Assembly: GCA_973895155.1 (NCBI GenBank)
Contig: OZ316895.1
Span: 5,521,181-5,585,180 of the forward strand
Direction: 5' to 3'
Length of the DNA stretch: 64,000 nt
From: Marsupella aquatica
Lineage: Eukaryota; Plantae; Marchantiophyta
The notes below the pieces were generated by a model. That model was not told the origin of the DNA and did no database searches. It saw only the letters and a program-made list of their open reading frames with translations. This document shows positions 26,455 to 39,524 of the stretch, piece after piece. The translations under genes were made by a program, and so were the position numbers. The stretch's first letter is position 1, and each line of letters starts with the position of its first letter.

Positions 26455-27355
26455 CAATTAGTTTCGATTACCAGGATAGGTTCAGGTGAGCACCACGGCA
26501 TGGAAAGGAGAGCACATTCCAAGAAATCTCAAACGACGGCAAGTTGTCAGAGACTATCCCCTTCAGTACCAAAGCGTAATGGAATCCCTATTCATTGCTC
26601 ACAACTGTAGCTAAAGATATTTGTCAAGCCAGGAAACGCAGATTGATGGAGCGAAGTACCGTCCCTTCATTCGTCAAGCCAGGAAACGCAGCTTGATGGA
26701 GCGAAGTACCGTCCCAAAGAGATAACCCATAGCTCACAGGATCAGAAGAGGACTCAGCTCACTATCGTACTCCTAACGCCGTCCCAACTGACTTGTCCGA
26801 TCACACGCGGGTAAGACAGAGCTCACGATCTGAGTCCTACTGTAGACACCGCCCCAACTCCCCAACAGAATGATATTCCACAAGGACACAGCTCACTATC
26901 TACCTCCCAGAGACCGCTTCAAGAGCTAACCCGTACGATCCCACAGGGACGGAGCTCACTACACAATTCCTAAGCACCGTTCCAAAAGATAACCCAACGA
27001 TCCCACAATGTCAGAGCTCACAATCCAACACTCAAACACTGTCCCAACGGACAAAGGACAGAGCTCACTATTCAATTCCTAAGCACTGTCCCAAAGATAA
27101 CCCAACGATCCCGACAATTGTCCTTCCTGGACCTTTCTCTTTTTTCTTTCCTTCAGTATTTTATTTTGTTGGTCCCTTTTCAGAGTCCTGGTGTCTCTTG
27201 TCACTCCACAACGACAGAGCTCACTACCCAACTCCTACACACCGTCCCAAGTGATAATCCATACGATCCTACAATCACGGAGCTCACAATCCAACTCCTA
27301 GACACCGTCCCAAGAGATAACCGATACGATTCGACAGGCACAGAGCTCACCATCG
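26455..27355 (+). repeat. Left arm of a long inverted repeat, containing a ~60-bp minisatellite (~10 copies)
   Basis: Unit approx. GACAGAGCTCACTATCCAACTCCTAGACACCGTCCCAAGAGATAACCCATACGATCCCACA, from ~26705 to 27355. The 28-mer at 26674-26701 is the exact reverse complement of 32439-32466. Confidence 0.85.
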
Positions 27356-28249
27356 ACAGCGACACGACACTTGTAGACATCAGGCAGATTGCAAGCCAGA
27401 TGAAGATGGCTGGACGGAGAAGAGCAAGCAGGAAAAGCAGGAAAAGCAGGATTGTTGACTGGACACTTATCATTGACACTGCTGACAGGGAGCTGAATTC
27501 GTCTCTTCTATGCCATTCAATCCTATTCTGAATAAAGTTGGATATGCATCACTGCTGTCGTACGTATCTAACCAAGTGATTGCCAAATGCATGCACGTGG
27601 TCTAGTCCACACAGACTATCGTAGCATGTTACCACTGTTCTCGGCTTTCAATCAAGTCCCTCGGTTCCCCATACTTTTCTCGTGGAGGGAGTGTGTCTGT
27701 GTTATACTGTTATATACACATTCGGTGTATGTGTACACTCACCTCACCTCACCTCACCACACCACACATGCCTACTGTATTACTTTAGAGCTCTCCCACA
27801 GGTCCATCCTGCCGGTCCAGAGCAAATATTGTGGGACCAGCCTGCGGATCCAGTTTTGGAACCCCCTTGTGAGCCTAAGTTACACTCACTAACTCAGTCT
27901 TGCTAGGGAATATGGCAATAGCACATTTAACCGTAACCAAACACCTAACTAGAATTAAAAAATTGCAGTTACATAGTAACTCTAGACCTGATGGTTTTCT
28001 TACCGTACTTTGTCACTCTTAAATTCAGACTCCAAAATCTGTTCATGTCTTTCACTTCTTACAACCCCAACAAGATTGTTCCCTGGATGTTAATTCAGAC
28101 TTAGAGCTTCCGCACCAGATAGAAGGTGCAGAAGCGGGATCAGTCAAATTTTGTGGTCATTTTTGTAGCCTGTGGATTTCAAGCCCCCCAAGACTCAATG
28201 GGACTTTGCAATGATTAGAGACTGATAAAGCAAGGAGGGCCACCTGAGT

Positions 28250-28325
28250 AGGGCAGCCTAGTAATCAGCTTAGATGCCCAGGGGTACCTTGTGATCAGCA
28301 GGTCTCAAGTTCAATCCCTGCCCAT
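28250..28325 (+). mobile_element. tRNA-derived SINE-like relic
   Basis: B-box-like AGGTCTCAAGTTCAATCCC with an upstream weak A-box-like segment. A similar TTGTGA..AGGCTCAAGTTCAATCCC occurs at ~8797-8828. No cloverleaf could be folded. Confidence 0.35.
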
Positions 28326-28707
28326 ACATATTTACTCCAGATCTGCTCTTGCATATAATATGGGTTCTGGACCAATTAACTCACTTGTGTAATTAGATTT
28401 TTTACAAACATACAAATACAAAATATGAATAAGCAGGGCAGTAAAATTGCCGCAGGCTGTGACCAAAGTTTTGGCTGGGACAATGTAATTCGAGATGGCC
28501 TGAAAACAATTTGTACATCAGGAGGGCCAATGAACCTGTTTTTGGGCTGATTCCCTAGGTCCCACAGACCATGATTACATGCAGGGGCTCAAAGGCAACC
28601 ACCCCTGCCAATGCTCTCATAAAACTGATCTTATTCTTAGCTTTTGCCATGTTGAGTGTAGAAACAAATTGGGGCTTGGGAGTCATTGGTCTAGTGGCTC
28701 ATTAGAC

Positions 28708-29380
28708 AGGGTTTTTATTAACCTGTCCCCCAAATTACCCAATATTACGTACTATCACGGCCCAAAACAAAATTAATTAATATCAACCCACCTCCAGAAT
28801 GTATCCGAGTTAGTTTAACTTGGGCCCGGGTTCCCACTGGCATGTGGTGAGACCCCCCTGGGCCCCCTGTCCCCTTCCCATTGCAGGGCACAGTCACAGG
28901 TCCGGAAGCGGCAAAAACACATCATTCTTTGCTCGGTACTCCCTTACAAAAACTTGACAGTCTCGGCTCTCATTTTGCTTGGTAAAATGCAGGAAACCTG
29001 CCTTTTCGGCCCCATCATTTTCTTCACCCTAAAAGACACCGAATGCTGCCATTTTTTTGCCCAGGGAGGAATCTGATGAAGCCGAAAGGTGTCCAGAAAG
29101 GTGAGGGAGCCATCAGCCTTAGACTCAGCCTGACATGTTTTTGCCCCTCTTGGACCTAAACCATAAAGCTGCAACTGTGCCAGGCAATGGGGAAAGAGGG
29201 CTGAGGGGGGTCACAACAGGTTGGGGTTAGCCAATGGCAACTCTTCACATGGCAATGGGGACCTGGTCACAAGTTAATGCTGACCCATATACAAAATGGG
29301 GGGCGGGTTGACAACTAATATTGTTTGGGGGACACATTAGTAATATCAGGTAATTTGGGGGACAAGTTAGTAAAAAGCTA
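28708..29380. mobile_element. Long-TIR Mutator-like MITE (~670 bp)
   Basis: TIRs of about 140-190 bp: TTTTTATTAACCTGTCCCCCAAATTACCCAATATTAC... versus ...GTAATATCAGGTAATTTGGGGGACAAGTTAGTAAAAA. Inverted similarity continues inward to CCCACTGGCATGTG / CACATGGCAATGGG. Appears related to the 11830-12335 element. Confidence 0.75.
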
Positions 29381-31151
29381 GTTGTAGTATTTTAAGTTAG
29401 TGTTTGTTTGCAAAGCAAAAATAATGGTTTCTTGAAACAACCAGACTCTTGAAAATTCCCCCTTACATAGTAGACTATGCTGAGAAAAACTTGAACAACC
29501 TCAGGGAGAAGAACAAGGCTTGGGAAAGCCCCAATCTGAGATGGCTACTTAGTGCAACGATTGATGTTGGCTAGCTAATTAGAAATTGGTTTACTAGCAA
29601 ACTCGTGCAACAAACTTGTAATTCCATGAATCTGTTTTGTACTACTAATCTGTTTCATATGATAAGTCAAAGTTGATGCTCAAACGGCCCACAATTTTTG
29701 ACCCAAGGATTTTAATTGACCAAACACATTTAGGGACCCAAAAAGTGAGCACTTGTACAACAGAAAGGTGCTAACTGAGTAACATTTAATTTTTCAGAGT
29801 GGTCAATGCAAGTAGGAACAGTCCATCCAAGCACGCATCTTGTTAGATGTTGTGGTGTAAGGGGACTTCAGTTTCTCATGGGAGCTCATTCTTGGAGAAA
29901 ATACTCTAGATGTTAGGGCTATCACCTGTGTAGCACTCCAAAAGTTGGCTCATATGCTCTCCATCTCTACAGTGTTTATCCATAATAAGTGTTACTACAA
30001 AATCAGTGAGAATTTCACTAATTTTGGTGAACATGATCTTGAGTTCAAAAAACAATCACTCCTCAGTTTTTCAAAATGTTTTCTTTCCATTTTTGTCTAA
30101 AGTGTTCATAAAAATGGGTGACATTTAGTCCACATTAAACCTAGTTCTTGTCAAATTTTCAAGCTAGATATTTTTTTCTCACTATTTTCCCACTCTTAAG
30201 ACCAGGATATCACTAAATCATGCAAGCAAAAATTGTTAAATTGGAATGAGTAACACTAATTCATGAGTAGAGCCTGAATTTATCTGCTCTTGAATTAGTG
30301 AGTACCATCGCTGATTGCAATTGAATTGAGCATAAGGTAGTCAATTTAATTGGCCAGGCCTGTCCCAGGTTTTCCTGTGGGTGCTACGGCTGTCTAGCCG
30401 GTTTCTATAGTGCTCTACGAGTTTTGGCCATAGAAGGGTGGAAAGGAAAGTGGCATTTGTCACCTGATTTTGAAAATAAATTGAAAATAAATTTAAGGTT
30501 CATGCCTTGCTAGGTTGTCTTCTTGCTGCTGCTACAGTGAGTGGGAGAAACTCTTACAACAATTTTCAATTAGTATCTCGTTATCCTCCATCCAGTCATC
30601 GTTTAGCGTGCCATTTCAAATACAGTACACTACTTTAGTGTGGAGATGCTCGCATTGATCCAGATACCTTATTATTGTTATTATTATTACGTTATAATAT
30701 TCCCGATCGACAATAATGTTAGGCTGATATTTGTGCTTACGGTCAATTCGCACCACAAAAAGTCACTATTTCACATGAAAATCGTGGGCCGTCAGGGAAT
30801 TGCACAGTCACCCGTTACTGTCCCTTATCATACTATATCACAGGACCTCCTCAGAAATTTTAATTATTTTCTATAACATGAAACACCACTGTTGTTTTCC
30901 TGTTTTCCTTTCTTAGATCTTACTAGTAATTTGATACGGAAACCCTACTTTTATGGCCTGTGTCTAGAGAGCCTTGACTGTAATTTTGCCTCTGTCACTT
31001 ATTTTGGGGGTGTAGGGAATGGGGAAAAATTGTAAATAAATGTCAATAATAAAGAATGTATTTCTTTTTTTTTGTCTTGAACGGAAATGGGGAGGAAATA
31101 CAATTAGACTCCCCCCATCTCAAAGAATGTGTTTCTTGTTATTTTGTTTTG

Positions 31152-31225
31152 CGCTCCTATATTTACCTTCAAAAGAATGGGTAGTCAGGCTCCTATATTT
31201 ACCTTCAAAAGAATGGGTAGTCAGA
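31152..31225. repeat. 36-bp tandem duplication
   Basis: GCTCCTATATTTACCTTCAAAAGAATGGGTAGTCAG x2. Confidence 0.9.
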
Positions 31226-32194
31226 CGAGTGAATACATAACATCTGCAATTAAGGACTGTTTATAAATAATGATACACTAAAACTTCAGTGTTCACATCA
31301 AAACACTAGCACATCTTTAAATTTGCATAACAAATTTTGTCAACACTGAAATATTTTACGAGTAAGGTTCAAGGATTTAATGACTAATTAGTATTTTTTT
31401 CTAACCCGGATGACACTAAGGTATTCTACGTCCCAGACGGCATACGGTAAGTAAAGAGGTCTACCCAGCCGTCCCCGTACTCCGTCGGAAGACCGGCCCC
31501 TAGGATATTCGATTCCTGACTTGTAATATTCCCTCTCATTCCAAAGTTTGCCTTTCCGTCGTATGTCCTCTGTTTTGATTTCTCCTTCCTTCCGTTGTCC
31601 CCTGTTCCGCCTCTCCTCTGCTTCTCATCTCGCGACTCTGTTTTGTCCCCTGTTTCTCCGCTCGTCGCTCCCCTGCTCTCTGTTTCCGTGCGTTGTCGTC
31701 GTGTGAATGATCTGATCCTGTGTGGAAACGGACCGGCGAAGGGAACAGAGAGACGGAACGGGAGAGAGAGACACACGCACACAAACTAGCACGCAAACAT
31801 TCGGAGAGGCCCACAGATAGAGACCCACCCACAGAAATGCTCGACAACACAAACACAGGACCTCGTTTCGCCTTCGAGGACCTGACGCCGCCCTGTCTGT
31901 GACGCGAGGGGCTTCGTAGTGGCTGACTCTCGTGACAGCTGAATCAGAGAAGAGTGACACGAACATTTCAGCGTCTCACGTATGGTACGTGATTTCTGGG
32001 AACAATGATTGATTGATTGATAGATTGATGGAAAATGGAAAGTGGAAGGAAAGAATTTTTGAAGAGTGTAGGGATGAGTTCTGAGACTCACGAGAGGTGA
32101 TGGAGAGAGAGAGAGAGAGGGTGAATTGAATTGAGCTGCTTTGATGTTGTGAACTCCTCGGGGTTTGGTGACGGGCATCGACGAGAAAGCAGAG

Positions 32195-32685
32195 CAGACG
32201 AGCTCTGTCCGTGTGGGATCGTACGGGTTTTATCTCTTTGGGCGGGGTCTAGGAGTTGGAATGATGAGCTGCGTCCTCGTGGGATCGTATGGATTATCTA
32301 TTCGGGCGGTGTGTAGGCGTTAGATCGTGATCTATATGCGATTGCCCGAGTTATCTGTAGGGGCGGCGTTTAGGAGTACGATAATGAAGCTGAGTCCTGG
32401 TGTGATCCTATGAGTTATCTCTGGGAGGCAGCACCTCTCTCCATCAAGCTGCGTTTCCTGGCTTGAGTAGTGTCGTCAGCTACAGTTTTGAGCAATGATG
32501 TCTTTCTTGTCTGAGACCAAAGAATGGGAATGCCATTACGTTTTATTGCTTAGGTGATGGCCTTTGAGCATTTGCCTACGTTGATTTTGGCCCGCGGTCA
32601 ATAAGAGTCTTTTTTCAAGTTGTTTCAGATTTCTTGGAACGTGCGCAGCTGAACTAATCTTAGCAATCGAATCTAATCGAAATTT
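32195..32685 (-). repeat. Right arm of the long inverted repeat (~4 copies of the 60-bp unit plus unique arm sequence)
   Basis: Its reverse complement aligns to 26455-26960: TTCCAAGAAATCT.AAAC, CGTAATGG..TCCC, CATTGCTCA.AACTGTAGCT, TCAAGCCAGGAAACGCAGCTTGATGGAG, then GAGCTCA...GATAA...CGATCCCAC units. Confidence 0.85.
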
Positions 32686-33270
32686 GTGCTCTCTTTATTC
32701 AGACGTCAACGCCCTGCAAATCAAAAATCTGGCGGCCAGTTTCGGTCAGAATTTACTGCGTGTTTTGCAGTGGCTTTGGTCAGAATTTGTGCCGACCTTC
32801 CATGGTGTAGTCCGGTTCTAAATTCTGTCCCCTTCAATCTCGAGTCTCTCGCTCCGCCTGCACCGACGGCCGGTGAGATTCTCGCTGCTGATGAATGAAG
32901 CCGATTGAACTAGCTAGGTGCAACAGCAGAGTTTTCTTCTTTCCTTCCTCGTTTGTGCGAGTATGAGGAAGGAGACTGTCGAGTGCGCATTGGGAAGATC
33001 TCTGTGGTTGAGCGTGAGAACTTTATTGTGGAGGAGATGGTGAGCTGACCAAGGGGGCCATTTGAGTTGGGGACGGGTCGGTGAAAAAGGAGTGGGGATG
33101 GGTGAGTGAAGATGAATTATTAAAACCACTGTGGAAGCTGTAACGTTTGCAGGCGGACATTTACGATATACATAATTGCTTAGGTCAGTAAAGGGAGGGA
33201 GAGGGAGGGAGAGGGAATCGACGACTACGAGGCATAGCAAGGAGGAGCCGGAGGAAGAAAGCGGGGAATT

Positions 33271-36200
33271 ATGAAGGGGGTAATAGCCACGATGGCTCAT
33301 ACCCCCGCCGTGTGCTCTTCGCCGCCTGCTGCGAGCTCGGCATCTTCGTCGTTTTTCCACCTGTGGAGCAGCAGCGACTGTAAGCAGCATCGCAAGGTGG
33401 GAAGGCGAGCAGGCTCCTGCCAATGCTCCGTTCGGGCGGCACGCCATCTCAGATTGGGTCATCGTCATCACAAGCTCAGCCTACGATACGACCCGCTGTT
33501 GTTCTCCTGCTTCAATCTGGTAAAATTTGCACTCCAATAGCCGTGCCTTAGCTGTGCTTTGATGGTCAACGTTTGGAACCGGTTACAGTATCATATTTCA
33601 TCGTAAGGTTGCCAATTGACGAGGAGGACAGAAAATTATGTCGTCAGGGATGGCATTTCTCCCTGGGATTTCGATTATCAGACGATCTAGGTCGATACAA
33701 TTGAGAGGTCGAGGTGGTGCTTCACCATTCTGGTTGGGTTGGATTTGCTGGGGACGAGTAGCTCGGAAATTTGATTCGTGTATGCGGCCAACAAGTTTGC
33801 TTTTTCTCCATCGGCATCCATAATGTTATCCCTTACGATTGTCCGATGTTGAGTCCCTCCCTTTGTGATGAGTGATCTTCGGTACACAAGTCGTTAATGG
33901 AACGCGACGTCTTGAGCACAGATTTCGTGGCTCTGTTTGCTTCGCTCTCCACTCTTCTTGCTGAAAATAAATTAATTTCAGAGCTCTTAAGGGGAAGAGG
34001 TTGTCATAATGGCGCATGTGAGGGAAGCAATCAGGTTATGGAATGGGTATCCTCTTATTGGTAAGGTAGATCGTTAGTTCGTGAGGACTGAAAATGGAAC
34101 ATGGAAGTCCAAAGTGCACGAGATGCGTCAAGATGCAAGTATTCATTTATGTAGCTCACCTCATGTCAGTTGTTTTGAATATCAGTTGGGAACTACTAAG
34201 ATAGAGAGCAGGCAAAGGGTGGCTCGGGAAGGAGGGCAGGTGCAAAAGTAGTTACTGCTGGAAAGAGATCCCGAAAATTGCGGTCATTGTACTCAGCGTT
34301 GTCTTTGTTCTATAGTCGCTGAGTAGATGGGAGCTTCGTTTTCACCCACATTCTGTTACCCCTTTACCGAGGAATGAAAGGTTTAGCCGGTTAAGTTACA
34401 CCAGCTCGACTGTCCCTTATACGGAAGATTATGTTAACATCGGAACTCACTTCTTAAATCGATGGAATGCAGTCGGAGTCAGCCGCACCGTGGCGACATT
34501 CAGCTGAGGTGAGTGGTGCGGGAGGGCTTGATGAGGATCACATGGGAGGAGGAGCCAGGCTTCGACCCCATCAATCGAGAAGACTGATGGCTTGGGAGGT
34601 GGCCAAGAAGGCGGCTGCAAGACCAACAGAGGCTACGTCAGTGACTGGCGAAGTCGGAGAGCTGAGTAAGATGAATGGGGCCAGGCCTGATCCTTATGTG
34701 ATCCTAAATCTTGGATCCTTGATACGACGAGTTCCATTCCAGCGTTTCACTGTGTGGATGTGTGTTGGAATCACGATGTACCAACTGCGAGATTTTGTCG
34801 GGGTTGGTGCTCTTCCCTGGTTCCGAAGACCTGTTGTCAGAACTCCTTACTGTCGTTAATTGGTACTTATCTGGATTGGAATGGTCAAACGTCTCACTCT
34901 GCACAAATTCCGCACCATCTAAGTTGTGTGACTTTCAAGGAAATGCGATTAGAAGCAATCATGGGTAATGCCTCTCAACTAAGTGGGAATTTCGTGTTCC
35001 GTGCAGATCATAATGGGGACAGTTGTTCTATCAGTAGTGGGCAATTCGCTGGTAGCATGGGCTGAAGATTATCTTCCGGGCAGGCGGCGTGTGTTGGTGG
35101 CTTCAATGTATGCTGTAATTATAGCTGCTTTAGTAGGCATCGGCATTGTCTACATTCCTCGCCTCACCCAGGAAGGAGCCAAGGTCATTGCTCGGATCCA
35201 GGTAATGGGTGTCTTTCTTTCTGTGGTGTAGTATTCAGCAATATAAGAAAATGTTTGCAGAATTTTTGAATAGCTTTTAGGAATCTGCAATGGTTATGAT
35301 CTCCTAGTTAAATGTGGATTGATTGAATGAGTCATAGGATGCCAGAGCGTACAGGAGACTAACCGGGAGCAAGGCAATTGGTTAATCATAGACATATCTC
35401 AGTAAATAATGAATGTTCTTACAGATCCAACAATGAAACTAGAGAAATAACCTTCCATGCTGTGTTTTAAGTTTTGTTTCTTGCAGCATCCACGTCTATC
35501 TAGAACTCTATGCCTATCGTGATTTGTTTGTGAGATAAAAAGTGAATCAACAGCTGACTCAAGAATCAACCTTTCAGGCGGCGCAAGATCCATATACACT
35601 GATCTCTGACAGACTGAGACATACATTAGGGGAACAAGTCACAGATCAGGTACAAACTTACCTTCTAAGTTGTTTGTGCGTTACTTAATTTGTCGGGGAA
35701 GACTCGTCCCACTAATTCTTGAGTCGGCGAATTGCTGTCAAGGCCATCCTTTGTGTCAAAGTGTTCCGTTTGTCCAGCCCGCTCTCATTTAGTTGATCAG
35801 TTACGCAGCAATGGTGTGCACTGATACCGAAATGTTGTATGTTTGTTTGGCATGTTTCTCCGATTTGCCCACAGTTGGAGCGTTTTCTGCTTGTCCTCAC
35901 CAAACCAGACACTGTTGTGCTGGTAAGTGTTTAATAATTTTCCTGTCCTTCGAGTGATATGTGAATGCCCCGATGGGTTGCTCGGAATCTGGAGCTGTTC
36001 CTGACATTTCATTGCAGTTTTTGTGTCTCGGAGATCATGTCTTTAACTCATGTTAGTGTTATTGATTGATTGAACGAAGTGAGGTTAAGTAGTGAGATCT
36101 CAAAATCTGGAAACAGTATGCAGCGGTAGGGTAGTAGCACATCAGAAAATATACCCCACGGGTCTATAATAAATAAGTTCAATCTCTCGTGACCAAACCC

Positions 36201-37908
36201 TCTTTTTCAAAGACCTGATTATTTCCGAGGTTTTGTGTTTTCCACTTCTTCCATTTGCCACGTACAGTTCTGATGTGAAAGCTCATCGTTGTCTCCAGGA
36301 ATCTGTGGCAGGCAGCAGGGCACAAAGGTCCACAGTGCTACAGCAATTGATAAAGGATTATTCAGGAGCTGTGGTTGTGCAGCTGGCTACACTTATATCC
36401 GCTTCCAGTCGCTTTGCTCTGCAGGTATCGGGAGACTCTGGATTTCATCTCTCTGCAGTTGTTCCCATTCGTGTGAAGTTGATTGCATGGGCTTAGGCTA
36501 CTCAGGATAGATCAGAAGTTACATAAGGCACTAGCACACATATTGAGTTGAATTGTAGACTTGTTTGAACTTTGATAACAGATACCGTGGTTCTGATACA
36601 GAGTTTGGTGAGTTTGATATTTTCTTTTATGCTGGTGTGGGATATGCCTGCTATCCGTCGAGGCCTCCAATCGTTGAAGGAGTCGCGTCTCGCTGTTGTC
36701 TACCAAGAAACAGCCCCTGTGGTATTGCTGAAAACTTCTTGAAGCTTTTGGATATTTGTAATAGTTACTTTGGCCAACTATGTATCAGCAATATAGTCAA
36801 ACGATTGCATTTAGAGTTGTTGTGCTGTCCTAGATGGGACGTGTCCTAGAGCACTTATGATTGTATAATCTGATTAATGGAGTGTCAATAAACAGGGTCT
36901 TGATTTTTCATTTGTCATGGTAATAGTGAGATACGATCCCACCAATTTGATCACGCGTATGTGCTGAAGACACATACTTGAAATAGACGTTCAATACATG
37001 TCTACGGGCCGTTACCAAGGGAACCTTATTGAGAAGGATTCTAATGACTTCCTCATCTTTGCTTTTTACAGGTCACTACTTTTGGTCAAATATTTGGCAA
37101 GGCGTTGCAAGCACAGAGTGCCATTGCTTTTGTGAACACAGCATTGACTAGTTTGGGGTTGATCGCTATGGGAGTGTCTGGAGTGGGCCTACTCTCCTTA
37201 CTTGTATTCCTGTGTTCATTTATTCCAGTAGCTGGAGTTATAATCTCAACTGTCCCAATTGGTGTGGTCGCGTTTACCGAGTAAGTAAATGACTCACTGG
37301 ACGCCTTACGACTGATGTGCATTAGTGTGTTCGCCAGTGCTGCCTAAACCCTAAATCCATTACCAGAATGAATGTGGTCATGCCGATGCAGAATTGACTA
37401 GAGGGTTAATGCTTTCTGAGAGTTTCGTAGGACCAAGTACTAGGTCTTTGTTGGTAGTTCTCACGCAAACCTACTCTTGGCTGCTTTTGTCTGTGTCGCA
37501 GATCAGGACTCTGGCAATTGGCTCTGGTTGTTGTGATGGTAATTCTCATACATGCTGTGGAGGCATACATTCTGAACCCTGCAATATACTCAGGTTTGGC
37601 TGTTTCTGACTCATCAGAATAACTTTCCTGTCGTGGGTCAATTCCACAGTTCCACGTACATTTTATCTTTGGTTTGAAGTCTGGTTTTCTTCATACACCA
37701 TATGTCGTGCTGACTTTGTTATGTTGAATTTGCAGCACATCTGAAGCTTCACCCGTTAATGGCTCTGGCTGTTCTGGTCTTTGCTGAGCACGCCCTAGGT
37801 GTGTGGGGGCTTATTGTGGCCGTTCCAATGACTGTCTTCTTCATTGAGTACGTAATTAAAAGGACTCCAATGCTTCTGCCCACTCCAGTTACAAACGCAC
37901 CTTCATAG
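33271..37908 (+). CDS. AI-2E family (UPF0118/PerM-like) membrane transporter with a probable plastid transit peptide, 10 exons
   Basis: Ser-rich N-terminus (ATG at 33271 or 33292), many hydrophobic helices, and motifs FGKALQAQSAIAFVNT, FLCSFIPVAGVIISTVP, IHAVEAYILNP, HLKLHP and LGVWGLIVAVP typical of AI-2E permeases. Exons: 33271-33519, 34473-34802, 35007-35201, 35578-35649, 35875-35922, 36299-36424, 36602-36721, 37072-37280, 37502-37593, 37736-37908. Confidence 0.88.
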
Positions 37909-39524
37909 ATTTCATTCGGTGGCCACACATTGCTTGGGCAACATGAAGCTCGAGAGCTCTCAGGGACCAAAGGAATCTTCTTCATGGCCTTTGGCGGGTA
38001 TTGAAGGGAAACAAGAGTTTACCCCAAAGCTGTTCTCGAAGGATCAAAACAGAGGGTTTCAAGTTGAGATGGTGCCAGACTGAGTTTTGGCAGTGGAAGC
38101 GAGCCAATTTTTTTGTAGAGAAGGGCCGGCATATTCCTTGAGTGTGTATTGTAACTAGCGCATACAGGCCCATTTACACGAAAGAAGATTTTTAACATCA
38201 GAGTAGGTATCAACGTGACAGTAAGTAAGCATTCCTTCGGTGCAAAAAAGTCATTGAGAAGTCAACTCATTTGACGTTTTGGTCATTGAGAACAACTCGC
38301 TTGACGTTTTGGCATAGAAGACAGCAATCGCAGGCATCGTCCGCATGTACATCTGAAATGCAAAAGTGCCAGTCTATTTCCTAGCTGACCCTTGACGTGT
38401 AACTTTAGGTCCTGCACGATCAAAAGGAGAACTGAGTTTGGTCGAAGGATCCATTTGCATCTGGCTTGTGCAGTACCCTAACAGCTATCGTTAGATATCT
38501 GGGTTTGTGTTCATCCATGCTCTCTTCAGCAAGATTTCAGTTGAAGGAAAGCCTTTGCACCTGCAGCCATTTCAGTGTATCTAAAATTCGTAGTGTCAAC
38601 TAATACAAAAAGAAGAGGTCGTCTGCCGAGACTTCATAAACCAAAAAAGTGGTCTTCGGTTTCTACGTCTGTAACCACGCAATTACGTTGATGATAAAAT
38701 CCTTGAAAGGAGAGAAGTCTATTTCGAATTTGCTGCTAAGGGCGTGGGAGACCTTTCATAACCAAATGTCTTGGTGTTCATTAAACCCAGACTCAAGATT
38801 ATGGCTACCAACTTCACCAACGTGTACTGCATGAATTTGCACGAGTACAGAACAATATGCCATAACTTTATGACAATACCGCTTTGTTAATGAAAACTGT
38901 GTTGTGGATACCTGCCGTCCAATTTCTCGAGCAATTACAGAAGTACCTTTTGTCATTCTCTTTTCTCAAATAGGAATTGCATTGTCGCTGTGAAACGGAC
39001 GGGATTGAGTGGTCAAGACCGTCGATGCCACTGGAGTTGTCTGTAAACATCCACAATGGCATCTAGCTGTCATTTTGCATCCATGAAGCCAGGGGATGTA
39101 AAGCTAAGAGGAAGGTGTCGAAAACATCAGCTGTAGAAGATTTTGGCCACATGGAGCTGGAAGATGAAATGGGAAAGATATGGACAGTTGTTGAGAACTA
39201 TCAAGGGCAGGAGCTACGAAGGAGGATGAACTCATAGACGACAGTACAAATGAACCGCACTAAAGGAAGGGAAAGGAAATGTCCAGGAAAGTTCCAGACG
39301 TGAAGTTGAAGCATGGTATCAAAATTGCCTTAAGATAAGAAGACCTTGGGGACCCTGGGCAAGGAAATGGAATATTTTTAAGTGACTGTCGTATCAGTAG
39401 ATCCAAACTGAAGTGCGCTTCGTTTCCCGAAGTGTGAAAACTGGTGTTCGACAAAATTGTCGTATTATCTAGCGTATGCGTAACAATAGAATTCTTGGCA
39501 TCCACTATTCACAAGCGTCTACCA

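Noticed and set aside
27118-27531. 137-aa ORF with TELTxQLLxTVPxDN repeats after a hydrophobic N-terminus
   Set aside because: It is the in-frame translation of the 60-bp minisatellite after a TTG start in a pyrimidine tract. Other units of the array break the frame.
28250-28325. Functional tRNA gene
   Set aside because: Only a B-box-like T-arm is recognisable. Acceptor and anticodon stems do not form.
31560-31790. miRNA hairpin from CT-rich versus GA-rich tracts
   Set aside because: Pairing is explained by low-complexity composition, and no conserved plant miRNA sequence was recognised.
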